IMG/VR virus record: IMGVR_UViG_3300025621_000004
Length of the DNA stretch: 64,000 bases
Reading direction: 5' to 3' (one strand)
From: an uncultured virus (IMG/VR IMGVR_UViG_3300025621_000004)
Lineage: Duplodnaviria; Heunggongvirae; Uroviricota; Caudoviricetes
Position 1 is the stretch's first letter, and each line of letters starts with the position of its first letter. Both the position numbers and the translations under genes were made by a program. The notes below the pieces were generated by a model that saw only the letters and a list, made by a program, of their open reading frames with translations, was not told where the DNA came from and ran no database searches. This document shows positions 21,201 to 28,599 of the stretch, piece after piece.

Positions 21201-21932
21201 ATTAAACGAGAAGAACACGTAATGGAACTTTACGATTCTTTAAATAGTGGAGCAGCATATATCGATGATCAAGTGACGATTGATGCTAATGCCGAACAGT
21301 TTATTCGAACAATATTGACTACGTTTAAATATGTTATTCCAACATTCCAACCTAGACATCTCTTTGCAAAACACGATTATCAACAGAATCTTAAGTTTAA
21401 AGATTGGAATGACATCAGTTCATATCTAAACTTAACAATCGCAGATGCCATTAGTGATGAAAGTATTTTCACTAATCTTGGTGCAAGAATGCGTAAACGT
21501 AATCCTCTTGAATCTGAAGATGGTCAAATCTTTACACTTGAAAAACACGTGGTTGGTTCAGACGCTAACAATAATATTCTTATCGATGATATTGCTGAAT
21601 GGTGGAATGATCCTGAAAATCCAAATGATGTATCAGCTCCAGTTCAAGCGACAATTACTGCAGGTGCCGGTACTATTAATCCAGGTGATACAGTTTATCA
21701 AGATGTACAAGATGAAGAAGGGGATAATATAACTATCGGCGGATTAATCGTCGATAAGCCAGATGAAACAACTCTTATGATAGCATGGAAGAGCGCTGTA
21801 AATACTACAGAGGATCCGGCTGTAACACTTCCATCGATGCCTGAATATGATATACTATTTAGAGTTGGAGATATATACACACTCGACGATACACCTAAAA
21901 CAGCAACAATAACCATAATAGCTGACGCTTAA
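12207..21932 (+). CDS. gp7: Giant baseplate wedge initiator (gp7-like, 3241 aa) with LamG, FG-GAP-like propeller, discoidin and PKD-like inserts
   Basis: Directly follows gp6. N-terminal FY..KGS.ES...FFRLFF.E....YPKE...LSDG.W and later HDGVYWQEYSYAIKS...LVHPAGLRFF match the gp7 core of marine T4-like phages. Confidence 0.75.
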   Translation: MAHLSIAAASSGNSNSHNTESLRVEELIPEQLRASSENFVKLITDYYEHLNTIDFPTYETNRITAEHDIDQVSGKYLDGIQGEIAKNIPNSAVMNRVELYKKIVKFYTLKGSHESVSTFFRLFFDEIIQVIYPKEYLFKLSDGDWRQNTDKYIKKVTGSLSSGYKIDQLNYTPFILKNNLPDPAITFTDLTEENSNDATLPEEVISNIIATGKIIEAKPIDLYNRAPNINGLSVDLYIENDFNSVNGTWDSTVLDRTWRGYLKTGAEYLRAESAIRFNGQRAHLDFGAITDRELDLTPDEHTIVVRAKRNRSAVEKESFQPLFNLSNSFSKLASHELLFDSKTGQIGRSWINTEPNIALNIDGESLELINFLDDNTSKLEELTGDAYTEINKFMTVEDRFGNSKSITALNGVWNKTAAIFNGEPVYVPTTSLANNISGSELDQVPTTGTAWPDFRFADGLIQSPVDASTKIQSVSYSTDGSVVALSYNKKTLIFELSGSTWTQIGADIITEYNSNNEIITGKTSTCLNSDGTIVAIGNALNDDAATNAGHVRVYQNVSGTWTQIGVDIDGDPSQSNSYFGYSVSLNADGSIVAIGAYDNDGGGATSTNRGHVRVYKNISGTWTQIGVDIDGTSINEYTGWRVSLSADGSIVALVGIGQGDINSPDSAFARVYKNVSGTWTQLGSDIHCLDQTSAWAAEISLSADGNTFVLGNREPGGEIRIFRYGGGTWQQLGKNIIAPVDSQVVSTVLSDDASKLVIQTSYDYQMIIGDTQPPEPAQITAYEYNDSPRSRRWEIVSQFTQDLDVTPAFDVSGDGRNIISILDKTPVIYTDQYASENFADFQKVLFFEESPLNPAEGRWVINLDGSRLYHTEYTDIANRSRPWDLTTRWFKNVEGTEGNLEFTISTESTTNLAHRYTNKTVKKEGDYLFRLKNYGLLSVYIKRNGGEYDPLQSISLGDTAEYDGSRIYEIADYDVEGDCLTILDTCLAKPRVVVFKKTTTDRYIFDHTFNLQLLNFGSIELRGSRIIVATLPIGDDHDNQVINIYDTDESMVWSETEYTNIGQSVEVPAPDNLEIEYDFRNNPSVLPVEYPISEDVSFSNSSARSVTVQFKASEDYKLGGKLFEIGSGLDKFTIALGWNHDVVFSTDRYPWIFLGDNVYPETNTTFTKPKSINFVPGKVHTFTATITGNHRDIKEDSTGDVTPNHLLEMSITFDGELLGTGILVKSSLSQSLELKRTADTDYADKKDQVANAFVGGGNISIGDDDLNAEILYVSAYSKYITNTESYVLHKYIESSTNNTGVNTKLDHGNFAVNQLGNIIAKVAAVGIHIWEKTKNGWEYKFNSNSDIDIDAIKRADTIIPRLISENNIPYYSYEFFGNLLLVADGGDYDDYTGVVHAVSELAGVSRISSNGAFTTDTNKTDPQRVYSLETRYEINQRIWRVRSTISAIGTTQVASMATSGVSGAPTLGAGDYQIAIAPPISPAALGAYESTAQVCLDFPDSCLEFSVDTAGVITITKNVNLLTKDITPTVYVESINSDPEADPFYVMVNLNWEKDVGRYATDIATDTQNGTIAISKTSDTNVKYDIFDYTFGVWTNTSIFGDNIEYDARYPFHAAIDKYDIFLSTTRNNNVLDFYRYDVLNNKVWEKQQEIYNDFVATTVQGLIFHDSETEVIEKSGKYTNIIIRGTADRYNGNIEVSVNGGEFTAIILGNTAYALNVPTDSRLTVGRLDANTGETADDHYFKGDITHVQYYNKSVTDNQKDNIIEYLEKSPLNFYEITLTDLEGDVTDAAKLTNVIGRRDESFVFENLEGHAINSFWTYDETKTLSYDEDEALYTNANVQAKYDSTVSHLQNIYWGDGRSSSIISNQRVSHTYTSEYLGEYKDRKGRVSSVNRVHDGVYWQEYSYAIKSSIRIEDWEKQYLSLVHPAGLRFFASVLLLVIRDNHWHGPSKRVKYDDVLRKNLSLIKVEDNFLSPFRTRQPVNDLRWLESLVAPNETGGYHLPLFQPGWLQGDVRVREFIFAAAEWTKIARIVPGNQRNQSVTTYTNSYFANNPKTDSAISIVEYSGVGLKLNDIIYQNIDNNILRGIIVKIDADGNGGIARLDGIQKKINNVPESDRAYSASVLEETPTSLLDAKVGLSTKDGDYIDIDLNPEGLDINPDVYGIITQGGIVSGSESTFDQIGSDIDGIYGGLTRYELNRDGTVLITGVRNTGATGLVRVWQWREWSAQDVLADYNYSATRPLSGTLPIIVTGSAQDIPGLGVAPVAGTYYWTQLGLDIVGDPIGTNGGSSSQAWVTAGSGVAISDDGMTIAVGASGDSNAGLLYNGSSKVYDYDTLTKNWVQRGETIWGIQNHSYSGPMTVSADGNRLVVGFGNENANGKRDAGVIRTYDWDTTGVQWVESVGRLTGSHSWEYFGDSATLSADGDTLSVRSWGDDDRPTSDQPWGPRDGSDGVNFKERRGSVSVYKYYEHPEGTYTNPEEDARDYSGYYQTNSDFKQSKLDSPQAWSPPSSNLASSPYIQIDLGAMRNVSGIVSQPRADLNQWVTRFRVEISVATNPQDPEFDDTFIDVGDEFDSISNDIIWSRDRHNKTETLFDANVLCKYIRIYPLLYKGFPSMRVGLILPEGVKSWAQIGQRIYGEFDGDHLFGEISRDGSRLYTAAFSRYQDKNTDNINGTNRVYEYNGTNWIQVGNTFNGGEGERLLISSISEDGSRIAIGDNLHDESGADNIGICKVYDWDLIDGWVEISSATGENAGDQSWRGVLSGNGSRLMLGSGYNNDAGAQSHSKAGSVKVYEQLAITGFTESVEFKTSNNGVDWTAVDGGNNYTTGNDNTNTKSFIEFSDEVLEATPLVDKPRYLRVYPKTGEVDGNANGVEYDIDFAWTSTGPTYNINTLAIAEGFSNLPNNTYKHNFDVNGVNQTLIFESDGGVLTITQNIEVDETYKDSTTPRFTINIGMVLRLGVLTKSDLVKFNSGDIYALDNNNPTGPHQTDASIRTFPIKREEHVMELYDSLNSGAAYIDDQVTIDANAEQFIRTILTTFKYVIPTFQPRHLFAKHDYQQNLKFKDWNDISSYLNLTIADAISDESIFTNLGARMRKRNPLESEDGQIFTLEKHVVGSDANNNILIDDIAEWWNDPENPNDVSAPVQATITAGAGTINPGDTVYQDVQDEEGDNITIGGLIVDKPDETTLMIAWKSAVNTTEDPAVTLPSMPEYDILFRVGDIYTLDDTPKTATITIIADA
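13620..14670 (+). repeat. FG-GAP-like beta-propeller blade repeats within gp7
   Basis: Repeated (G)HVRVY.N.SGTWTQIG.DIDG...SVSL..DG.IVAIG units; DNA near-identical (tctggtacttggacaca...) at about 13877, 14060 and 14231. Confidence 0.85.
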
Positions 21933-21936
21933 ATTA

Positions 21937-21944
21937 TATAAATA
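21937..21944 (+). promoter_or_regulatory. Late promoter (1649-aa fibre)
   Basis: TATAAATA, 6 nt before ATG. Confidence 0.85.
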
Positions 21945-21950
21945 GAATTA

Positions 21951-24900
21951 ATGAGTACTAAAATTTCAGCACTACAAGAGCGCTTAGTCGCGGATATCGT
22001 CGGCGACGAGTTTTTCCCTATAATCGATGGAGGTTCATTACAAAATCCGAGGCCTGCAGGCGATCCATTTGGTACATATAAGATTAGACTCGACACTCTG
22101 TTTGCGAGTGGTCAAGGGTACGAAAAGGTAACAAGTCTTGATCTAACTGCAGATAGTAATAATCAGTTCAAATTAACATATACTAAGGAAGATAATAGTA
22201 CAGATGTTATAACAATTGACAAGTACGCTATTCAAGATAACGACGTGGCATTCACCCACATCAATCCAGCAGGATATATTACTTCTACTGAAACAATACA
22301 GGCTAATTTAGTCGATAATCAATTAGTTACACCGCTCGCTGTCGATAATCAAATCACGTATAGACAAGATCTATATGATGTTTTGATCAAGGGGTATATC
22401 GGAGATGATGATAGTGGTGTACTCATAGATTTTGCTACACTTACTAATGTAGCTGATGACTTCACCGCACTATTAGATGGAGTTAATGCGAACTTAAACA
22501 CATTTAAGAAGATTGAAGATAAGTTTGCAACGATTGATTATAGCGATAAGATTGGAATTAGTCAGGTTAACCTAAATCATTTTAGAATTAATCCTGCTGA
22601 TATCTCTACTCGATTAAATATCAAAGACAAAGGGATCACTACAGTACTATTAAACGATAGTGCTGTTACGCCGAATAAGCTTGCTCCGAGCGCGGTTGAA
22701 ACGAATAAAATTAAGGATCGCGCGGTCACTACTGATAAGCTTAATGATTCTTCCGTTACTGCTATTAAAATTCAGAATGGCGTAATTGGATATGATAAAC
22801 TTTCTCCAGGTAAACCAGAATGGGACGAAATTGGCAATCTCAGAGTTGCTAACAGAGTCGAGGCCAGCAGCGATATTACGACACAAGGTCGTCTTAGATC
22901 ATACGGTACAGATTTTCACCTATATAGCGCTGACCGTTCTGGAGGAAATGTTCATCTAGGTAGAGCGCTTGTACATAATAACGGAGATAAGTTAGTTATC
23001 AATTATGCTAGAGATTATACTGGCGGTGTAGAAATTAGCGGTGCAGTCAGTGTTCCAGACCTTTCGGTTGAAAGTATTAAAGCATCTACTAATGGTAAGT
23101 TGGTCGTCACTAAAGATTATGTTGATGAGGCTGACGTTCTTCTTAATCCTATTGCAGGTGATAAAATTCAAGATAATGCCATAGCTTTAAATCATATGTC
23201 AGATGATTCTGTTGGCACCTTTGAGATCATTGATGATTCGATTACAAGTGCTAAGATAGAAAACACTGGTCCGCAATGGGACGCTCAAGGTAATACAACC
23301 ATTTATAATAACCTTATCACGAATGGTAACATTTTAAAGTTTGGCACTGCTGAAACTACAACCAATGGTAGCATAACATTATTGTCTGGTACAGGTATTG
23401 CTAAACTCGAAAAGCTTAGCGGTGTTGGAGGAGACTTTACAATCTCTAATAATGGTGCAATCAAATTAAAGGTTAGTGGTACAGATAGAGTAACTCTAGA
23501 ATCAAGCAGAGTAACTTCGAAAGTTCCAGTCGTTATCGATTCTGATTACACCACGATCGGTGGAGTAAATATTTCGAATCCATTATTGAAACTTACTGGT
23601 AGCACACCTGCACTAGGTTCGTTGAATCTAGATTCAAACGAGATCGTTCAACAGGGTAGTAGTCTATATCTTGGAGTTGTAAATCCAACTCAGGATATTT
23701 ATTTTAGACAAGGTGCAAATAATCTAGCGTCGATCGATGGAGAAACTGGAGATTTGTTTGTTTCAGGGGCAGTTAGGAAGTCGGACGAATTTGGTCAACT
23801 TCACTTATATGGTGGAGCATCTGCTTCAACTGGTGCTACTATCAATCTATATGGTTCAGAAAGTTCGACTCAAGCAAACAGCGTTCTATATACTGGATAC
23901 AGCCACACATTTAGAAATGCTGGGCCAGCGGACTCCACACCAGGATCTAACACTTTAGAGATAACGCAGAATGGATCTATTGTCGCTCCGCGATTCACAT
24001 TGAACAATGTTGCTGCTAATCCGAAGTCGCTTGTAACAAAAGAGTATATCACACAAGAGATTAGTAAGGTATTTCCAGATGATCACTACTTACGTAAAAT
24101 AGGTGGAGTACTCACGGGTGGTATTAAGATTGGAACATCGGATGCAAATTTACTTGACGCTGAAGATTTATCTGAAGCTGATTTGAGCGAAGCTGATATT
24201 GATTTCATAACCAACCCGCGGTCAGCATTTGCTGCCAATGGAACTAACATAATGTTAGAGGGAAATTCTAAAGGAGTAAGTGGAGTATTCTTCGAATCTT
24301 CAAATAAACGATCTGACGGAGCATTTATTCAATATCATAGTCGCGGCATTGGCAACACAACAGGCGAACAGTCAGATCTCGTCATTGGTGTAATGAATGA
24401 CGATACTTATGGCGGTACAATCGGTAATAACGATAAGATTGTATTCAATACTCCTGGCAGGGATCAACTAGTTATTACATATGATGCTGGAGTCACCGAA
24501 CATAAAATATGGCACGCAGGTAATGATGGTCATAATTCTGGCCTAGATGCGGATAAGCTTGATGGAAATCATGCAAGTACGTTTGCTACATCGAACGAAT
24601 TGAGTACTCTGCGCGCAGACACAAATACCGCGATCGGTGATGCAAAGGCTGAAGTACTTGCTACGACGGTTCCTCTTGATAGGATTGAAACTATTAGTGG
24701 TAATACACTCTTAGGCAATTATACTGATTCGGCTAGATCAATACAAGCACTTACACTTCAAAGTATTATTACTAATAGCAACGCTGCAGTTCCAACTAGT
24801 GGTGGTGTTATTAAATACACTGATGGCAAGTTTGCTTTAAAGACCGCTTTAACTCCTTTAGCCACTAAAGATGAGGTTGCAACAGCAAAGGCTGAAGTAC

Positions 24901-26900
24901 TTGCTACGACCGTTCCTCTTGATAGGATTGAAACTATTGCAGGTCATAAACTTCTAGGTAACTCAGGTAGTACGGATGCAGCACCTTCTGTTATTACACT
25001 TCAAACTACACTAAGTGATACAGATAGCGCCGTTTCAACTAGTAAAGCTGTTAAAACGTATGTTGATAGTAAAGGATTTGCCACTGGAGATGATATTACG
25101 GGCGCATCGTTCTTACCAATTTCTGGAGGAACACTTACTGGAAATTTAGCATTCTCATCGACCACAGATCGTGGATTAGATTGGAATATCAACAGTGATT
25201 ATGCTTCTATTAAGTTTCATAGTACTGGAGACGCCGATGTTGATACTCGTCTAGAGTTTAAAATTGGTGATAACAATAATGAGTATTTCATCTTTACACA
25301 TCAGCCTTCTGGAGGAACCAAATACGATCTACTTAAGATTAGCAATACTGTTCTTGACTATAAGGGTAATAAAGTTTGGCACGATGGTAATACAACAAAT
25401 GCTGTTGTAAATACAACTATTCAGAATGGCAGCGTATCTGCAAATAAACTTTCTACAGGTGCACCAAGTTGGGATACCAGTAAAAACCTATTCGTTAAAG
25501 GTAAATTGCGATTAGGCGAGCCAGTATCAGGTACTACGCCAGGGACAGAAATATATGCAGAACGCCTTGGAAGCGAAGACATTCTAACAGTCTATGCAAA
25601 TGATAAAATAGTATTCCAAAATGGTGACAGACTTCCAACCATGGCGCTTGATCATGATGGAAATAAAGTAATAATCGGAAGCGATACTATATTACTCGAG
25701 CAGGGTAAATTACATATCGACTCTGCTGCTGTACCTCTATCATTTAGAGAAACTGATCAAACAGGTGGAGGTTCTTTTTGGAGAATGCCGCTTGATTATG
25801 AATCATTAAGGTTTGATTCTTCAAATGATGGAACTACCTTTGGTACTACTGGATATACTAATGTGTTTCAGATGTATAAAGATGGTAGAGTTATCGCACC
25901 GAATTTAACCAAGGAGTTAATCAGTACTAATAGATCTCTTGTTACCAAAGAATACGTTGCTAGTATAGAATCTTCTTTGGAAGATAAATTCGCAAACCAC
26001 AATCATAGTGGCAATCAGACATTTGCAATAAGAACTGGTGAAACTCACGGCGGCCACTTTGTATCTAAATTTACTTCTACAAGCAGTAATGATGGTGGAG
26101 GTATACTTATCGATGTCACTGATAACAATGGTGATGAAGAAGCAATAAGTATTTATAATGACTATTTTAACTATCCGGTCTTCAGAGTAAAGTCTCAAAC
26201 TGGAAACACTAAAATTAGAGGTGAGTTGGAAGCTGCTGGCAGCATCACCTCTGACACCTCGATCGCTATTCCAGGTGTTCTTGATATCAGTTCTACTGCA
26301 ATATCCTATAAGACAAACGAAATATGGCATGCAGGTAATGATGGTTCTGGTTCTGGTCTAAATGCAGATCTACTTGATGGATATCATGCGAGTGATTTTG
26401 CTAAACCTTATACGAATATATTAATCAATAGGCCAACACAAGACTATCATGCTGCCACGAAAGAATACGTTGATGGAGTGGCTAAGACTGAAGTGGTTGG
26501 AGTACTTGAATCGGTTTATCCTGTTGGATCAGTCTATACTAATATAAACTCAACAAATCCTAATACACTCTTTGGATTTGGAACTTGGCAAACGTTCGGA
26601 GCAGGAAGAGTTTTAGTAGGTGTTGATTCACGTTATTCCTCATTCAATGCATCGCAGAAAACCGGTGGTAGTAAAACACACACATTAACTATAGATCAAA
26701 TGCCGAGTCATAGCCATACCTTACGCGGCAATGACCGCGGTACCAATAGTGGTCAGAAATGGGCGCCTGGTCTTTGGAAAGATGATGCAGAGACTGCAAA
26801 GACGACGGATCCAGGGACTATTCAACCAACTGGCGGTGGTGCAGCTCACAATAATATGCAACCGTACATTACTGTTTACATGTGGCTAAGAACGGCATAA
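21951..26900 (+). CDS. Tail fibre / baseplate-associated fibre with gp10-like C-terminal domain
   Basis: N-terminal KISAL motif, DxAVTxxKL repeats, two WHAGNDG..SGL.AD.LDG motifs, LVTKEY motifs; C-terminal YPVGSVY...NP...FGFGTW..FGAGRVLVG...MPSHSH...HNNMQPYITVYMW.RTA. Confidence 0.75.
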   Translation: MSTKISALQERLVADIVGDEFFPIIDGGSLQNPRPAGDPFGTYKIRLDTLFASGQGYEKVTSLDLTADSNNQFKLTYTKEDNSTDVITIDKYAIQDNDVAFTHINPAGYITSTETIQANLVDNQLVTPLAVDNQITYRQDLYDVLIKGYIGDDDSGVLIDFATLTNVADDFTALLDGVNANLNTFKKIEDKFATIDYSDKIGISQVNLNHFRINPADISTRLNIKDKGITTVLLNDSAVTPNKLAPSAVETNKIKDRAVTTDKLNDSSVTAIKIQNGVIGYDKLSPGKPEWDEIGNLRVANRVEASSDITTQGRLRSYGTDFHLYSADRSGGNVHLGRALVHNNGDKLVINYARDYTGGVEISGAVSVPDLSVESIKASTNGKLVVTKDYVDEADVLLNPIAGDKIQDNAIALNHMSDDSVGTFEIIDDSITSAKIENTGPQWDAQGNTTIYNNLITNGNILKFGTAETTTNGSITLLSGTGIAKLEKLSGVGGDFTISNNGAIKLKVSGTDRVTLESSRVTSKVPVVIDSDYTTIGGVNISNPLLKLTGSTPALGSLNLDSNEIVQQGSSLYLGVVNPTQDIYFRQGANNLASIDGETGDLFVSGAVRKSDEFGQLHLYGGASASTGATINLYGSESSTQANSVLYTGYSHTFRNAGPADSTPGSNTLEITQNGSIVAPRFTLNNVAANPKSLVTKEYITQEISKVFPDDHYLRKIGGVLTGGIKIGTSDANLLDAEDLSEADLSEADIDFITNPRSAFAANGTNIMLEGNSKGVSGVFFESSNKRSDGAFIQYHSRGIGNTTGEQSDLVIGVMNDDTYGGTIGNNDKIVFNTPGRDQLVITYDAGVTEHKIWHAGNDGHNSGLDADKLDGNHASTFATSNELSTLRADTNTAIGDAKAEVLATTVPLDRIETISGNTLLGNYTDSARSIQALTLQSIITNSNAAVPTSGGVIKYTDGKFALKTALTPLATKDEVATAKAEVLATTVPLDRIETIAGHKLLGNSGSTDAAPSVITLQTTLSDTDSAVSTSKAVKTYVDSKGFATGDDITGASFLPISGGTLTGNLAFSSTTDRGLDWNINSDYASIKFHSTGDADVDTRLEFKIGDNNNEYFIFTHQPSGGTKYDLLKISNTVLDYKGNKVWHDGNTTNAVVNTTIQNGSVSANKLSTGAPSWDTSKNLFVKGKLRLGEPVSGTTPGTEIYAERLGSEDILTVYANDKIVFQNGDRLPTMALDHDGNKVIIGSDTILLEQGKLHIDSAAVPLSFRETDQTGGGSFWRMPLDYESLRFDSSNDGTTFGTTGYTNVFQMYKDGRVIAPNLTKELISTNRSLVTKEYVASIESSLEDKFANHNHSGNQTFAIRTGETHGGHFVSKFTSTSSNDGGGILIDVTDNNGDEEAISIYNDYFNYPVFRVKSQTGNTKIRGELEAAGSITSDTSIAIPGVLDISSTAISYKTNEIWHAGNDGSGSGLNADLLDGYHASDFAKPYTNILINRPTQDYHAATKEYVDGVAKTEVVGVLESVYPVGSVYTNINSTNPNTLFGFGTWQTFGAGRVLVGVDSRYSSFNASQKTGGSKTHTLTIDQMPSHSHTLRGNDRGTNSGQKWAPGLWKDDAETAKTTDPGTIQPTGGGAAHNNMQPYITVYMWLRTA
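24642..24938 (+). repeat. 54-bp direct repeat pair (24642-24695, 24885-24938), one mismatch, spaced 81 codons
   Basis: Both copies encode AKAEVLATTVPLDRIETI; similarity continues more weakly downstream. Confidence 0.9.
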
Positions 26901-26933
26901 GCAATATACTTAATACTATTCAATTTAAACTTA

Positions 26934-26941
26934 TATAAATA
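26934..26941 (+). promoter_or_regulatory. Late promoter (gp8)
   Basis: TATAAATA, 5 nt before ATG. Confidence 0.85.
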
Positions 26942-26946
26942 ACACT

Positions 26947-28599
26947 ATGGCAGCAATTATAACATCCGAATTCCGAAAGAACTCTAGAAGACTTTTTTCG
27001 ACAGACATTAAAACAAGCGAAGATGATAATTATTTTGTCGGTCTAGGTAAGACAGATAGTTGGAAATCGACCGTTGATCCACTTGGCAACGAAGTCAGTG
27101 AGTATAGTAGGGCATTTTCTGCTCCTCTTCCAAATGACACTGCTGTTGAAAAGACAGACGTCCTTAAGAATCTTATGGTTCTAGTAAAGGCCCAACCAGA
27201 TGACGTTTATAGCGTTATTCCTAGAAACAATTGGTCTTACAATCGCATCTATAAAATATATGATCCGACTGATTCAAAGTGTTTTGAATATGAAACAATA
27301 GACGGCATTGCGCATTATCCATGTTATATAACATCAAATGATAGAATCTATATGTGTCTATCAAATGTTAATGATTCTGGAGATATTATTGAGTCAACTG
27401 TTGCTATTCCGAGCGGTGACGGCGCAGATGAATTAAGTTATCATATTCCTGCTAAGTTGAGCGATGATTATATATGGGCATATGTTACATCTTTAGATGA
27501 AGATTCAAATTTTTATACTGATCAATTTGTTGATTATATGTATCCAGCTCTAGACGATCCGGATGCTCCACTTGCGACTATTGCAAATAGTACTGGAGGT
27601 TTAGTTTATGGGTTTAAGATCATTGATGGTGGGGGTGCCAATATTACTGCTGAAGCTGGATTAACTCTCGAACTAATCGGTACTACACTATCATCGACTG
27701 ATAGTAGCGTAAGAGTTCCTGTGCCATCAGCCGGCGGTGATGCTAACGGACTATATATATACAACACAACGCCCAACACCACCTCTGAACATTTTGATGT
27801 GACGTTCGATACTAACGGAATTTCAAGTATTCGTTATGTTTATCCTAGCAATGGTGACACTCCGGAGTGGAAGACAGGTTACTTAAGCGCTTCGGTTCAA
27901 GCTAAAATCAATGGAGAGATCAGTGAAACAATTAAAATTATTCCATTAGTATTACCGTATGAAGGCCTTGGTCGATATCCAGACAATGATCTTCCATCAT
28001 ATTATGCTGGAATATCGGTTGACTTTATTGGAGATGTCGACACTGAAGCTCCTACTAGCTTTATGGTCGATGTTCGCCAAATTAGTTTAGTCAAAAATCC
28101 TCTAAGAAGTTTCACAGATGCCGAAGTCGCCGCGGCGGGAGATACAGCTGCTCAGTTAGCGATCGAAAATGATTTAGATAGTACCTTAAGTGGTTTCTAT
28201 TCACAAGATGAAGCATATGATGCTCTTAAATATGTCAAATTGGCAGCCAACTCGCTGACTTCAGAGTATATTGGCCGAGATTTTATTATAGAACAAATCA
28301 GTACTGGAGCAAAGGCTTGGTTAGACTATGTTGATAATATAGATGAAAGAGTATACTATCACCAGAATTCAGATCCTCGTGTAAACTTCAAAAGATTCGA
28401 AGCAAGTCCAAATGGTGGAGATGATCTTAAGATTACAGCTGTTAGTGGATTTAGTGATGGTGTCTTATATAATGTCCAATCAGTACATGAACCAGAGTAC
28501 GTATCTGAAACAGGTGAACTTATTTTTTATGAGAATCGTAAACCCATAAATAGAAATTATAATCAAACCGACGAAGTTAAACTAGTTATCCAATTCTAA
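26947..28599 (+). CDS. gp8: Baseplate wedge subunit
   Basis: MAAIITSEFR, YFVGLGK..SW, VIPR.NW, IYMCLSN, D.YIWAY, RQISLVKNP, TGELIFYENRKPINR...QTDEVKLVIQF. Confidence 0.88.
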   Translation: MAAIITSEFRKNSRRLFSTDIKTSEDDNYFVGLGKTDSWKSTVDPLGNEVSEYSRAFSAPLPNDTAVEKTDVLKNLMVLVKAQPDDVYSVIPRNNWSYNRIYKIYDPTDSKCFEYETIDGIAHYPCYITSNDRIYMCLSNVNDSGDIIESTVAIPSGDGADELSYHIPAKLSDDYIWAYVTSLDEDSNFYTDQFVDYMYPALDDPDAPLATIANSTGGLVYGFKIIDGGGANITAEAGLTLELIGTTLSSTDSSVRVPVPSAGGDANGLYIYNTTPNTTSEHFDVTFDTNGISSIRYVYPSNGDTPEWKTGYLSASVQAKINGEISETIKIIPLVLPYEGLGRYPDNDLPSYYAGISVDFIGDVDTEAPTSFMVDVRQISLVKNPLRSFTDAEVAAAGDTAAQLAIENDLDSTLSGFYSQDEAYDALKYVKLAANSLTSEYIGRDFIIEQISTGAKAWLDYVDNIDERVYYHQNSDPRVNFKRFEASPNGGDDLKITAVSGFSDGVLYNVQSVHEPEYVSETGELIFYENRKPINRNYNQTDEVKLVIQF

